A stretch of 64,000 nt of DNA from a virus (Duplodnaviria; Caudoviricetes). The stretch spans positions 99,308 to 163,307 of the IMG/VR virus record IMGVR_UViG_3300031853_000002; one strand, written 5' to 3'. The notes beneath the pieces are model-generated. The model did no database searches. It worked only from the letters and a program-made list of their open reading frames with translations, and was not told where the DNA came from. A program made the position numbers and the translations under genes. This document shows positions 1-15,000 of the stretch, piece after piece; position 1 is the stretch's first letter, and every line of letters starts with the position of its first letter.

Positions 1-1
1 A

Positions 2-3000
2 AAGAATGAAGATATATATACAGTAGATTCAATTCTTCCTGGCGAGGATGAAGAGTCAGAATCCTATGTATATAGAAACAAGCTAATGGAAGGTGAAACT
101 CAAGCAGAATTTGCTCAAAGACTTAGAGCTAGACAAATGACTGCTGCTGAGCATAATGCCCGTCTTAAAATACAAAAGCTACAAGCTGTTCTTGATGAAG
201 CTAAGGTTGATTCATATGACCCAGTTACTGGAATGAGTAAACCTTCTACATTTATTGATCCAAGTACTCGTCGTTATCTAATGGCATATCTTGGAGAAAC
301 ACAGCAACATATAAAGAACAGACTTATAGCAAGAACCATAGGTACAGCTGTTAATAAGGAACTCCTTAATAATGCTGAGAACTATGACGAACTTATTAAT
401 AAGGTTAGAGATTCTTTAAAGATTAAGTTTGAAAGAAGTATTGGAGAAGACTTCCTAAATTATCTTGGAACACAAGATTATAGTGGTCTTTCTGCTTTTT
501 ATGGACAGTTATCTTCTAAACCTAAGTTTACTCTTGAAGAAGTTCTTAAGAATCTTAACAGAGATGGTTGGGAAGATTATACTATTCCAGAACAGTTAGC
601 TGCTATGTTTGAAGATGCAACTGGAATGGAAGGAGACTTTGACTTTATATAGGATGCAGCTAAATATGATGAACTATATAGTCAGTATATGGGAGAGGCT
701 GATCCAGATAAATAGGCTGAGTTAAAGGAACAACTTGATAAACTTGGACAAAAAGAATATCAAGCCTGGGATGAAGATTACTTCAATGAACAAGTAAAAC
801 AACTTGTAGAAAATGAAATAACTCGTCTAGAGCCTCAACTTCAGAAACTTAATAAAGAATTCCTAACAGATAGTGATTTAAAAGCTGCTAAAGATCTAGA
901 AGAAAGACTTTCAGTAGAAGAAAACCCTGCAGTTGAACTTGTAAAAGAGCTTGCTCCTAAGATTGGAGGAAGTGCTGTAGAAGTAGAGAAAGCTCTTGAA
1001 TCTATAATGCAGCAATTCAGAGAGAAAGAAAAGTCTACAGACTTTATCTTATCTGGAGACCAAGTAAACTATTTAGAAGAAGCTAAGAAACTTATAGCTA
1101 TTACTACTGCTATGGTAGCTGCTTCATCTCGTGAATCTAATTTACAAGATGGAATGACTTATAACAAAGCAGTTAATAAGTTCCATGCAGATCATCAAGG
1201 AAGACAACAAGGTTCAGAGTTCTTCAAGAATTTTGAGCCCCTCTTTGAAATGGACGAAAAGATTGGTGGACAACTTATTACAGCTCTAAATGGTTATGCC
1301 AACGAAATAGACCAGTGGATTTAGCTATCAAGAGAGAATCAAGCTAACAGTACTGCTAGTTTAAAGCGTTCAGCTGAAGCACTTAACAATGCTAGACTAC
1401 GCTTCTTGAGTGGTAGTATGTCTTCTAATGAGTTCTTAGAGGATAGTCTTGTTAATCCAAATGATGAGAACTCCCTATATAATTTTGAAAAGCAATTCCA
1501 CGATAACGTTAAAAGCGCTATAGCTGGAGGAAGAAACTTAAAAGATATATTTAAGAGTTTACTTTCACATCTTAACTAGGATGATGAAATTATAAGTGGT
1601 ATTACTTCTAATGTAGACGAAGAATTAAAAGAACTTACTGCTTATGATAAGTATATGTATCTTACTTCTTTAATTGCTTTAGATCCTACAGACCAATTAA
1701 GAAGAGAACAAGCCTTTATAAAAGCTAATCCTAATATTGCTCCACTTGCTACCCAACAACCAGGTATGCAACTTGGTCAAGCCCTCGCAGAAAACCCAGA
1801 CGTGATTAATGCAGCACTTGAAGCACTTCAGGAATTAGCAACTGCTAAAGGACTTAAAGTTCCTGTAATGTGGAATACCACTATAGTAACAGGACTTGGA
1901 GGTGGTGGTAAGACTAGTGTAGAAGCCAAGTATCTAGTTAATGAAGACGAAGAGACTTGGATAGCTGGTCCTACTGATAGACAACTTGAAGCTCTTAAAG
2001 AAATTGCTCCAAAGGCTAAAGCATTTAACCTTGATAATCTTATTAAGGCTATATATAAAGGAGAACTTAAAGGTACTGCAGGTAAGAGTATTGATGGATG
2101 GACTCCTAAAATTATTGATGATTCTAAAGCTGAATATATAATTAAGGATGCTCCAAAGCACTTAATAATTGATGAGGCTACACACGTTGATACACTTAAA
2201 TTACAAGCCATTGCTAATTGGGCTAAGAAAGCAGGAGTTAGAATAACTTTACTTGGTGATGAGAATCAAAGAGGTGCTGAATATAATTTAAATAGAGAAG
2301 CACTGCTTGCTTATAGAACTCCTAGACTTAATTTTTCACTAAGAAATGAAAGTATCTGGAAAGTATAGAATCAAAATCAACTTGTTTCTATGTTGGACAG
2401 AATGAGAAATTCTTCTAAAGAAACAAAATCTGCTGTACTTTCATAGATATTAGAAAGTTTTAAAAATAAGTTACCTCTTAGTTACTTTGAAAATGAAAAT
2501 ACTATAGAAGGAGAAAAAGTAATATCTAAAATAACTGCTGACGACCTTAATAGACTTAGTGGAAGTGTTGCTTATATAGGTGATAATAAAGATATTATAA
2601 ACTTTATACAATCTAATTTACCTGCAGGAACTACATTTACATCTTTAGATAAAAAATCTGTACAAGGCTCAGAATTTGATTATGTAATAGTAGACTCTGA
2701 TTGGGGAGGAGCCTTTACAAAAAGTGCTGATGGAAAGTTTAACTATGAGCAAGATATAGAGCATGCTGCTAACTTTTTGAGAGATTTATATACAATGATT
2801 TCAAGAAGTAGAAGAGGTAGTTTAGTTTTAGATAATCAATTAACTAACGTAGTAAATCCTATAAAAGAAGAATATACTACTAAATATGAAAGACTTTCTG
2901 AAGGAGTTATTCAAGATTTTATTGAATCTAGACTTGCTTACATAGAAAATATTCTTAATAATCTTGAGAAGCCAGAAGAAGTAACAATAGAAGAACCTAA

Positions 3001-6000
3001 AGAGGAACCAAAGGAAGAAGAAACTTCTGAGGAAACTCTAGAGCCAAAGCCTGTTAAAAATCTTTCCGATGCTGAAAAAGAAGAGTTACAAACTGTTCCA
3101 AAAACTGAAAAGGAAGCTAAAATAACAGGATATCGTGCTTATGGTAATGTTGCTTTTGTTGGAAATGTATCTGAAGATGGAAAGGAATGGATATCTACTG
3201 GTGGCAAGCCAAGGGATATAGGTATATTTGGTGCTATGAGTCCGGCAGGAACTATACTTGCCAAGACTGGAGCAGAGAAAAGAGAACTTGTAAGAAAACT
3301 TAATTTTATTAAGAGTTTATTCTTATATGATCTTGATATAGACCTTTATGATATTCCTCTTGAACTTCAAAGACAACTTTCTAAGAAGGCACTAAAAGCA
3401 GCTAAATTCTATTTAGTAGCTGAAGATAAGAGTAGTGTTCATAATCTTACAGGTCTTACAACTCTTAAGCAGAATGAACTTGATTTTATTCCTGGTAAGG
3501 TAATCAGTATTCAAGCTAGAGTAGAAACTCCTGCTGGAGAAGCTATTATAACTCTTGGAGCTGTTGCTAATCCTGCTAAATGGATAGAGGGAATAGAAAA
3601 TAACCCAAGTCTTTCTCGTGCCGAAAAAGATGCTCAAATAGCAGAAGCTAAACATTATGAAGAATAGTTAAAAAATCTTATAAATAGTAAAGATTAGGAA
3701 ATTAGAATAAATAAGCCTAAATTTAATGGTCGTACAGAACTTGTTCAATTAAGGGTTGGAGATATTACTGGTTTAGAGAATGCTCCAAATGCAAGAGATA
3801 AGCGTAAAATTAGACTCGAAAATCTATATGACGATATCTCTGAATTTGATGCTAGAACTGGTAACTCTGTTGTAAGTCCTATACATGTTATAACTGCACC
3901 TATTCCTGGAATAAGTGATAAGTTAGTTGGACATTCTGTATTGTTTGTTTCTAATAATAATACTCTACAACCTGAACAATTAGGTAAACTCTTTATTCAA
4001 CAACAAGAAGACAGAGCTAAAGGAATAGAATCTAAAGCACAAGTTAGAATGATTGTTCTTGACAATGCGGGAGTTTCATTCCATTCTCTTTATAGAGGAG
4101 GTTTCAAGGATATTTATTCAACTAGTGTTCGTGATAAAGAATTTGCTTTCCCATTTAATCTACAAGCACAAAGTATTCGTATGCTTGCTGCTATGTGGAA
4201 CTTCAGAGCAGATCTTAACCGCTTTATAAATGCTATGAATAATTCTGGTTATACCAGAGAATAGCTAATGGATATGGCTAGGACCGATACTGAACTTTAT
4301 CAAGAACTTCAAAATCAAAAGGTTGAAGAATACAGAACTATGTATGGAGAAGATCCAGAAAGAGAACCTGTTATTTCTAATACCGAATATAAGCAGTGGC
4401 TTAATAGTTATTTTGATAGAGATAAAGCTGATAAGGTTCTTAAACTTATTGAGTTCAATGAAAATTCTGATCTTCCTAGATTTAGAGTTGGATGGAGTAA
4501 TAGAGCAGGAGCTTATATAAGAAGAATATATGGTCTGAAAGAGGATAATCCTTATTATAATAGACATTATAAAGGACATTCAGAAAGATTTGATCCTAAT
4601 AATACAAATGGTATCTATATCAATCCTGATCTTGCTGACCAATATGCTGGTATGCTTGATTACTTATTTGATAATGTAGTCGGAAGAATATTCGATACTA
4701 CATCTTTAAATAAGAATGAGAATATCAATTATAAGGAAACTGAAAAATGGCTTAATGAAGCTAAGGCTAAGAAGCTAACAATTAACGACGAAGGTGGTGT
4801 TATTCCAATTCCAAGTCAAGAAATGACCAAAGCATTCCCTCTAATTCTTACTAAGATTGCTTCTTATATGCATAGTAAGATGCATTTCGGACAAGAAGAA
4901 TTTGATAATAGAAGAAATAGAGAAGGTGATAATGCCCTGTACCATATTTATCTTAATTACGAAAGTAAGACAGACGAAATTGATTACACAGGTCTTGACT
5001 CGTTCTTAAAAGCAACAGTAGGTGGAACAGAGGTTTCTGGACTATTACAAGAATCTAATACAAGAAGAGATGTAATTGGACAGAGTGACTATACATATGA
5101 AGATGGAGATACAGTTTATCAAGACTGTCGTTTAGATAACTTCTTTAATCTTATGTTCCATGGAGTTGTATTTGAAAAGAACTACAACGAATTCGATGGA
5201 AGTCAACAGCATGATTCTATGGCAATCTTTGGAGATGGATTCTTCTCAGATCCAGTTATTATCAGTGGTAATGGAAGTGCTAGAGATATGATTGCTGCTT
5301 GTGCTACTAATAGAAAGTTATTCAGATTAGATGTAGTTCCAGGTAATCCTATTCTTGAATTTACTTTTGACCAATACAAGGAAGAAACAGAAGTAAAAGG
5401 AGAAGAGGCTGCTACAGAACTACCTATACTAGCAGAAGCTAGAAGTCTAGGTATTGATACTTCAAGATTCAATTTTGATGGCTTTACTGATGATGAAATA
5501 GCTTCATTTATAGAGAGAAAGTTTGATGAACGTGATAGTAAGGTATTTGCAAAGGGAGAAGGAGACCTTTCTAAATTAGTAATTAGGGTAGATACTAATA
5601 AAGTATATACTCTAAGTGATGTTTATCCAGAAGTTGGAAATATTGTAAGCTAGGAAGCTAGTGGAGATGGTACAGCATTCACAGTTACTAATGATAAGGG
5701 TCTTAAATTTGAGATTCGCTATAATGACCATGAAATCACAGTAAATCAGAAGACTGCTCCAGGAACAAGAACTGTCGATGATAAGGTAGTTACTTCGTTC
5801 CAAGGACAAGAAGTAAATAAAGCAATACAAGACTTTATTGAAAGTAAATCACAATATGACGATAGTGATGCGCTTAAGAGTTGGATGAGTAACAATGAAG
5901 GAATTGAGTACTCAGCAGATGATCTAAAAGCAATAAGAAAAGACCTTAGAAATACTCTTGAAGATGAAGGAGTTTTAGAGGATGCTGATATTACACTTTT

Positions 6001-6052
6001 AGAAAATATAATAGATACATTTATCAATCAAATAAATACAAGTGATTGTTAA
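2..6052 (+). CDS. Giant virion cargo/ejection protein (5'-truncated, >2000 aa) with embedded SF1 helicase domain; requires TAG readthrough
   Basis: ORF fragments 86, 1007, 1655, 2777, 3941 and 4268 share one frame and are broken only by TAG (650, 713, 1322, 1577, 2366, 2444, 3665, 3695, 4262, 5651). First TAA/TGA is at 6050-6052. Motifs GLGGGGKTS, LIIDEATH, LLGDENQ, VQGSEFDYVI, LYTMISRSRRG. Confidence 0.85.
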
Positions 6053-6053
6053 T

Positions 6054-9000
6054 ATGCAGTGTAAATTACCTAATTTTGGGAAATTAGACGAAATTGGAGT
6101 TCCAGCCGAAATCCTGGAACTCCAAAATTTCGACGACATGGTGAAAGCTATAATGGAGTTTCTTGAAAAGAATACTACTAACTTTAGCTTATCCGAAGAA
6201 GGGTCTTTATCTCCTGAAAAGTATAAGGATTCAGTTGACCTACTAATAGATAAATTCGAAAATTTACTTGACGCTGCTGATAAAAATAATCCGAATCTTG
6301 ATCTTAAAAAGGGAGGAAAGCACTCTGAAATGCTTAAAGCTAACCTTAAAAATGAGCTTTATCCCAGAGGAGGTATAACAAGAGAAGAAGAAGTTGACTT
6401 ATCAGCGGTAATAGATGGACAGTTGGCAAGTAGGGAAGAAATAGCAGCGCAACGTCTTAACAAGATGTTAGATACTTTCTTTGCTAATAATCTTCCAGCT
6501 AGAGAATACTTCAAAACACACTTTGGTAGAGAACTTGGACTTACTACCGTAGTTAGAATAGGACAAACTTTAAAGGATAGTTCTATTGTTGATAGTTAGA
6601 AAGCTCTTAATGAAAACATAGAGAAGTTCATGTCTAACCAATATCTTATTTTATATAGATATTTAAACTCTTTAGGACTTGCTAAAGGGTTACCAAACTC
6701 TATGTTTAGACAAAATAAACCTATTGGAACTTATGTAAATACATTAGATAGATTCTATAATCTTGTAATGCATAAGAGTAAGATAGGTACACTTGAAGAT
6801 GAAATCGAACAAGGATGGCAATCAAGTCTTAGTAATGAAACTAACAGTAATGATGGACTATTTAAAGCAGTTAATGCTTACTTGTCTATTGTTTACTTTG
6901 ATAAATTATCTAAAGAAGCCATCGGTGATTATATTAGCTCTGACAAGAATCAAGACTTCCCAATTGAAGTTGATTCTGAAGGAGTAACACATTATAAATA
7001 TCGTTTTGGTAAGGATACAGAAAATAGAGTACATGGATGGCAAATTGATGTTCGTGATGCTCTAAAAGAAATGGGTAATTTCTCTAAGTTCCTTATTTCT
7101 AGTATTCCTATTGATGATACATATCTTACTCCAGTTAATTATCTTGGAGCATTCACCAACTTATTTGGAAAGGTACAAGCATTACTTGGAGGTAGAGAAG
7201 AAGTAAGAGCTTTATATAATGATATAGTAACCTTTAACTAGGATCCAGTTAATAAGATGCGTAGTATTCTTTCTCGTATCAATAAATATGATTCAGTTAG
7301 AGATTTCTTATTAAAAGGAGTTGTAAATCCTTATGAAATGAAGGTATTTGATGCTGTTTATGAATATGTATTTAAGGGAAGTAACTCTCTATTTAATATT
7401 GAAGCGGCATATAATAGAGTACATGGTCTTACTAATAGATATCCTCTTGTTGAGAGTCTTGCAGCTTAGATAGGTTCTAGTACAGAAATGTCTTATCTAC
7501 AAACTGTATTTGACTATAACACTAATCAATATATAACTACTATTAAGAAGAAATTCCAAACTAATAAGTAGTTCTTTGATATGATTAGATCTATCAATAG
7601 TAATAACTAGGTAACAGAAGAAGTAGATGTTCCATACAAATTCCTTTCTAAGTCAGCTAATAGATACTCTATAGACTTTGGAGACTATACTTTAGAAGTA
7701 AGTGTAACTCCAGAACTTAACCCTTATGGTATTCTAACTAAATGGTCAGAAACTAAAGGTGTTACTCTAAGCGTAAAGAATAAGCAGAATGGAGCTGAAA
7801 CTTCTGTAGAATCTTTATTTGCTAATAAGGATTTAGGAACTAAAGCTAAGAGACAAGCTTTTATAGATAGTATGAATGAAGATATATTCATGAAACTTCT
7901 TGAGTTTGTTGATTTCTTTACTGGAACAGGATTTACATCTACACAAGATGGTCTTTTAGAGTTTGACTTATTTAAGAATAACTTTAAGAAATCTCCAATT
8001 GAAGCACTGCTTACAGCTGTAAGAGGTATGGTAGTTAGAGATATACATACTCAATTTAGAAAGGCTGTAGAGAATGGACAATACTCTTCTAGTGCTCTTG
8101 ATAAATTCATTTTAGATAGTAAGATATATAAAGATTCAATTCTTGGAATTGATCCAACTAACAAAGAATGGAGAACTATTTGGGAAGCAGGTGTACTTGG
8201 ACCTGACCTTATTACTGTAAGTAATTCCCAAGATTGGGTTGATGATTATGTTACTATTAAATAGATAATGTCTGGAGAAATATCTAAAGCTAATACTAAG
8301 AACTTAGCTGGTGATAGTGTTCCTAACTATGGACTTGCTTTCATGGGTTCAGACATTCATACTATAGTATCAGATGCACAGCATAAGAGAGAAGAAGGAA
8401 GATTAACATTAACTCCTCTTGATTTCAACTTAATTATGCAAAGTCCAAATTCTGTTAGAGGTACAGTTATTGATACTGATGTACGTCTAGCAGATGGTAC
8501 CACAAAGCAAATTAAGAATATGACAGAAGGAGAGCTATTTTATCATGCTATTGTTGATAAATTCTTAATTCCTCTTACTTCTAAAGACAAATATATCATA
8601 GTACAGCCAACTACATATTCTGATAAGACTAAGTTTGTAAACTATATGATAAGTACCGTATTTAATGGTAAAGACTTATCTAGAATGTCTAACTCAGAAC
8701 TTGAAAGTCTGTATATAAATAGTATAGGTAAGGGTTATCAAACTATTTTACAGAATGTTCTTGATGATTTTGCTCAAATATTTGACTTACAAGAACAATA
8801 CAAACAAGCCTATACAATAGACGAATTTGGAAATGTTACAAGTACTAATGATTTAGCATTAAGACAGTTAGTTACTACTGTAGACAGACGTCTTAATAAT
8901 ATAACAGAACAAGAATTAGTAGCATTAGCTAGATAGAAAGGAGTAAAATCTGAGATACTAGCTGATACTCACTTTAGATATAATAAACATAGAAAACGTG

Positions 9001-12000
9001 GAGGTAAACAATATCTTTCATTTAATGAATCTCTATATCATTATGCTACTAAGGTTTATACTAAGCAAGGTATAAAACAAAGACTTAATGATGAAAAGAG
9101 AAAGTTCCTTAACCAATTATTAAAGAACAAGATTAGTATCACTGGTATTAGTATGTTTAAAGGTCAGCCTGATCCAGAAAGCTTATTTACAATGGCTCTA
9201 AAAGATCTTGATGAAACTCCTAGTAATTGGATACAACGTGATGGAACTCTTACTCTTGCCAAAGTAAATGATGAAAATATTGTAGTACATAATGCTTTCC
9301 CAGAAGGAACTAATGTAGAACTTAACCCAATTTTGGATAAATATTTCATGTTAAATAGTCTTCTTGGAAACAATCTACGTATGGTTCTTACTGGTTCAGA
9401 GATTAACCATAAGAATAAACATTTAGCTGGAATTAACCCTGCTCTTGTTATTAGTAGGCTATACAACGAAAAGGACAAGGCTGCTAATCTGAATATGCAA
9501 GATGCTAATATTAAATAGGCTGTAGAAACAACTGCTTTACAGAAAGGTCTGAATGCAGAAGATTTCTGGAAGTCTATGAGTCTTATAGAGGCTTATGACC
9601 TTATTGATAACATTACTGATACTGCTACTAAGAACAAGGTTAAGAAAGCTATAGATAAGAAGATGTATGAAGTTGAATCTGCTGGTCAGGGAGCACAATT
9701 AAAACGTAATGTTATTATCCCTGCCACTATGAGATATTATACTCAGAATAGTTTAAGAGGTATTCCAAGAACAATGCGTCTTGCTATTATGAATGATATT
9801 CAAGCAGATGTATTCAACTTTACAGGAGACAATGGTACTATAGATTCCCATGATGGTGCTGCATATATCAATCCTATTACATCTATCTTAGAAAACTGGT
9901 CACTTCAAGAAAATGAAGTTGGTACAGTTAAAAAGCCTATTTGGCATTATTATGACAAGGAACATATGACTTCTTCTCTTGTTAAGTTTGCTGCACATAC
10001 AATTACTAATAATATGATGTAGCAATCTATAGGTTCAAGAGTTAACATGTTAAACATGTTTAAGAAGATGTCTAATACTCCTTGGGCACAAACAGGCAAT
10101 ATTCTTTTATATGCTGCACATAAACCTGATGGAGAAATAACTTTCCAAGACCTTACAGGTGGAAATGCATTATATTATAAAGGACCAGAGGGTGTACACT
10201 ACAAGATAGTAGACTTTGGCTATGAAGATGGAGTTTATTGGACCGATGAAATTAGAGTAAATGATAAAGGTATTGGTAGTAAGCCAGAGCGTAAATATCA
10301 TTATTTTGATGCTGACAGTAATCATATAATTGCTACCAAGAAATTAGAAGGTTACCATACTATGTCTTCTATTTATGAAGCACATCAAGTATTTGGTGGT
10401 ATAAACAGTGAATCGCTTATTGGAGAAGGTAGAGATGCTAAACTTCAATACTCTGAAGCTTCTAACTATGTAGTAGCTAATCTTGTAAATAATGTTACTG
10501 TTCTTACAGAACTTGGTAAAGAATCAAAAACAAGAGAACTTAACCAAAATTACTATGAACAACCTCTTAAAACCTTAATGATAGATTATCTATGTAATAA
10601 TAGTGCTATCAAGAATGGTGCAGGTAATAGAAACGATGCTTCAAGATTCTATAATAATGAAGCTCTTGATACTATAACTCTTGGAACAGAATACTATGGT
10701 ATTCAGATGGACGCTGACCATGAAGCTGATGAAGCTGAAATGACTGAGTTTTCTCAGGTTATATCTGCTTTGGATGCTGGTGGTAGACTTCATAACTATG
10801 TAAAAGGTATATATCAAGCCCTTGGTCAGATTGCTCTTGAAGAAGCTTCTCTTGAAATGGAAGCTATTACAGCTTATCAGTAGAATCCTTCTGAGGAAAC
10901 TCGTGATGCTTTATATGATATTATAGGTAGAACTATTATTAATAATATAAGTACTGCACGTGGTCAAGCTGGACTCGCTGAATCTATTATAGGACAAATC
11001 AAGAGAAAGTTTAATCTTACTAATAGTCATAATTTCGATGACTTAAAGATTCCATTTAGTGATGCTAACATTTATAGTAATATTCTTTCTACTTTCGCTT
11101 CTATAATTACTAATAAGTCAATTCGTAAGAAGTATCCTGGACTTGGAGCTGTTCTTTCTCCTGGATTCAATATTATGATGGTTTACGATATAGATGGTAG
11201 ACAATACTAGTATAAGGATTTAGTAAAAGAAGCTACTATTCATTATACACAATATAAGAAAAGAGTAGCAGAAGGTAAGGAAGATCCTGAGGATGCATAC
11301 TTCAAAACTATTTATGAGCAAGATAAAACTGCTCTAGAAAATGGTTATTATCTATCATCAGAACAATGGAACAAATAGGTTGTAGAAGCTTATTTAATGA
11401 AGAAGACTGATGATTATAATGCTCTTAAATGGAAGTATAAGGTAGTAGATATTCCAGGTCAAAATCCGGATTGGGATTTACATACTGAAGAGTTCATGCC
11501 TACAGATAATGTAGGAGTACTTGTTCAGATTGGTGAAGAACAACATTGGGAAGATATTTCTTTGGATTCTATTCCTGACTATTATCTATTTAAAGCAGAT
11601 CCAAGAGCCTTCATGCAGGACAAACTTGGATAGCCTGTTAAGATTCTACAATTTAGAAAGAACTTACATAAAGCTCGTAATTTAGCTCCAACTAAAATCT
11701 GGTGGGACTACAAAGGAAAAGCTAATATTCTAAATCCAGAAACGCAGGTACTTGAAAGCAAGACTTTAGATAGAACTACTAATATATTTAATAGTATTCA
11801 CTTACTTAGAAAGTTTGCTGAATCATAGAAGGGAGATAAACAAATAAGAATTAACAACTATATAGAAAGACTAAAAGCTCAAGGAGTTAAGGAATATTCT
11901 AGTACACAAGAATTACTTGATGAACTTGACCAAGGCTTCTATAATGGAGTACCTATTCATTTATATAATACTCCTGCTGAACTTATAATGTCTAATATCT

Positions 12001-15000
12001 ATCAATCCAGATTTGGAGTGGATATAGATGAATCCATGATAGATGTTATAAAGGACGGTCCTAAGAAAGCTAAGAATGTAAGGCAGGTACATCAAAGTGT
12101 TGATCCTAACTTCTATGATTTAATAATGACTAAAGCTAATGGTCATCATACCTATATATCTTTAGATAGGGCTTTTGAAACAACTAAGGCTGATGAAGAT
12201 GGAGAACTTCCTGATACTTCATATAGATGGACTTATTGGAAGGATAGACATAGAAAAGCTGTTAATGATCCATTAATAGTTAATGAAGTTTATGCAACTA
12301 ATAAGGAACAGAAAGTTTTATTTAAGATTGGTAGAGATATAAGAAGACCAGATCTTGCTTATAGTTAGGAAGGTAAATACTACTATGATAAGAATACACA
12401 TGAAAGAGTTACAAGGAATGAAAACAGGCTCCAGTATAAAAATGGAGAAGTTATTGAATATGTTGAATTTGTAACTAAACATGAAGTAAAAGATCACGGA
12501 CGTAGACATACAGTCTTAAATATAAATGTTGAAGAATTAAAGAGAACAATTAGTCCTAGAGATATTACTCTTGATAATGGACATACTCTTACTCCTCAAC
12601 AAGCTATTGATTAGGATGCTAATACTTATATACAAGAACTATGTAAAGAAATCTATGAAGCAGATTCATATGAAGCCTTTACAGTTAATAATCAACAAGT
12701 TAAACGTTCTAATTTAACAAGATTACAAAGGATATTAGAAGGATTTGCACATAAAGATAAGAATGGTAAGTATAAGTACTTTGGTTACGATGCTACTCTT
12801 ACTAATTACTTAGAGGCTATATCTGAGCAGTTCAGTAAGATTCCAGAGACTAAAGAATTTAAGAGACCTGACCTTACTTATGATGCAGATACTGATACTA
12901 TCAAATTTATAAAGGCTAAAGATAACGGTTCTATCGCTAAAATTATAGAAGATAGAACAAAAGCGTTAAAAGCAAGGCTCAATTAGAAGAAATATTATTC
13001 TTTCTTAAGATCTCAATATTATACAGCTTCTCGTATTCCTGCACAAACTTTACAATCATTCATGAACATGAGACAGATAGGTTATACAGCTGAGGGTTCT
13101 AACCTAGCTTATGTATCTCACTGGCAGACTTGGTAAATTTAACAAATTTTAAGTTGGACATTTTGACTCTTAGTCCAAATTATACTAAATTTAATAAAAA
13201 TAAAATTTTATAATTATGAGAAAAAGTCCAACTAAAATTACGCCAGAGCTTATAGAAAAGCTAAGAGAGCTTGTAGAAGCAGGAAAACAGAATAAAGAGA
13301 TTTCAGAGATTTTAGGCATAGGTACTACTACTATTACTACTTATAAGAAAAAATATAATATAACTTATAAAAAACTTACAGCCGAAGATAGAAAAGATGA
13401 GATTATACAATTATATACTTCAGGTATGTCTACTAAAGATATAGCTTTTAAACTGGGATATTCTTCTCAAACCACTATTAAAAATATACTTAATAAATAC
13501 GGTATAGAGGGGAATAAAGAAAAAGAAATTAAAAGAATTCAAGAAGAAGTATCTAAGGTATGTAATAATTGTAATTCTGTATATGAGGTAAGTAAAAAAG
13601 TAGGATGCAGTGTTAGTACCGTACGTAAGTATATGTCTGAATTTGGACTAAGTTTAAAATTAAAAGAATCTCTTACAGATGAGGATATAAATAATATAGA
13701 TATTCCAGAACTTAAGTACGATTTTAATACAGAAATAAAGAACATTCCAGAAAATGATAGGGCTGAATTTATTATTAATAAAATCAAACTATTAATTATA
13801 AAAAATCGCAAATATACAGGACTTTTATTAGTAAAAAATAATGGAATAAGTGAAAATTATTTGCGAACTTACAACATTAATATTGAAGAAATTAATAATA
13901 GTTTAGGAATAAAAAGAGTTAATGGTTCTTGTCTTGAATTATATTTCTCTGAATTCTGTGAATTAAATAATATAGACTATGAAGCCCAAAAAACTTATGA
14001 AGATTGTACTTATAAAGATTATTTAAGATTTGATTATTATCTTCCTAAATATAATGTATTAATCGAAATACAGGGAAAGCAACATTACATTCCAATAGAA
14101 AAATTTGGAGGAAAAACTGCTTTTGAAGAAGGAAAACTAAGAGATAATATTAAAAAAGAATGGTGTCATAATCACAACATAAAACTTATATATATTTCTT
14201 ATAAAGATTTATATCTAAAGGACTATCTAGAAAATCTATTTGAAAAAGAAATATATCCTTGTTGCCAAGTATAAACTGGGTGAATTGCTGGAAAGTCTAG
14301 AGGTAGATAATCAGCAGCCAAGCTAAGTTTAGGATAAAGGAACTTAGAAGGTTCAACGACTAGAGGAATGAGCCTAACAATAATTTCCTCCACGAGTGCC
14401 CAGCACAGAAATGTGAAGATATAGTCTGAACTTACGGTATAACCTAACCATAAACCGTAGAATTAGAGGATAAAGAGCCTCTAAGATAACAAAATGTACA
14501 AGGAAGCGATTATGATATTGATAAGGCTTATATAATGGGACTTGCTTTTGATGATAATGGACAATACATAGGATGGTCTAGCTTATTTAATTATAATAGC
14601 CTTGAAACAATTCAAGCTTCTGAATACTTACCACTTCCTAAAAATGGAGTAATAATCCAAGAATCAGAAAACGGAGTAGATGTATCAGATGATGTTGCTA
14701 TTATTAAATAGGCAAGAGATATCTTAAAGAATAGTCCAGAGGCTAAGCTAATAAATGAATGGGAAGCTAAGAAAGTACTTGCTTATGCTAGAATCCTTAA
14801 TAAGTTAGGAGATAATAACCTTGTTAAAGGTGCTGATCCAGAAACTATTGAGGAACTTAATAACCATAACGCTACTAAACTTCCTGCTGATTTAAAGGCT
14901 GCTGCACTTAGAAACTTTATTTCTGTACATATTCAGAATACTATACAGAATGTTAGAAATGCTGCTGACTCTTATGTTCCTGTAGATATGGAAGACTTAA

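Larger units (their letters stand above)
13135..14496 (+). mobile_element. Group I intron (IA-like) in the RNAP gene, with endonuclease ORF in the P1 loop
   Basis: Exon end ACTTGGT pairs with GCCAAGT (14264-14270) with a U.G at the splice site. TCCTTGT (14256-14262) pairs with 3' exon ACAAGGA (P10). Core elements AATTGCTGGAAA, AATCAGCAGCC, GTTCAACGACTA, AAGATATAGTCT. Terminal G at 14496. Confidence 0.92.

Noticed and set aside
2965-3050. EEPKEEPKEEE repeat
   Set aside because: Short low-complexity linker within a coding region, not a structured repeat or array.
13135-13157. Local P1 hairpin at the 5' end of the RNAP intron
   Set aside because: It gives no U.G pair at the splice site. The distal GCCAAGT/TCCTTGT gives full P1 and P10 pairing.
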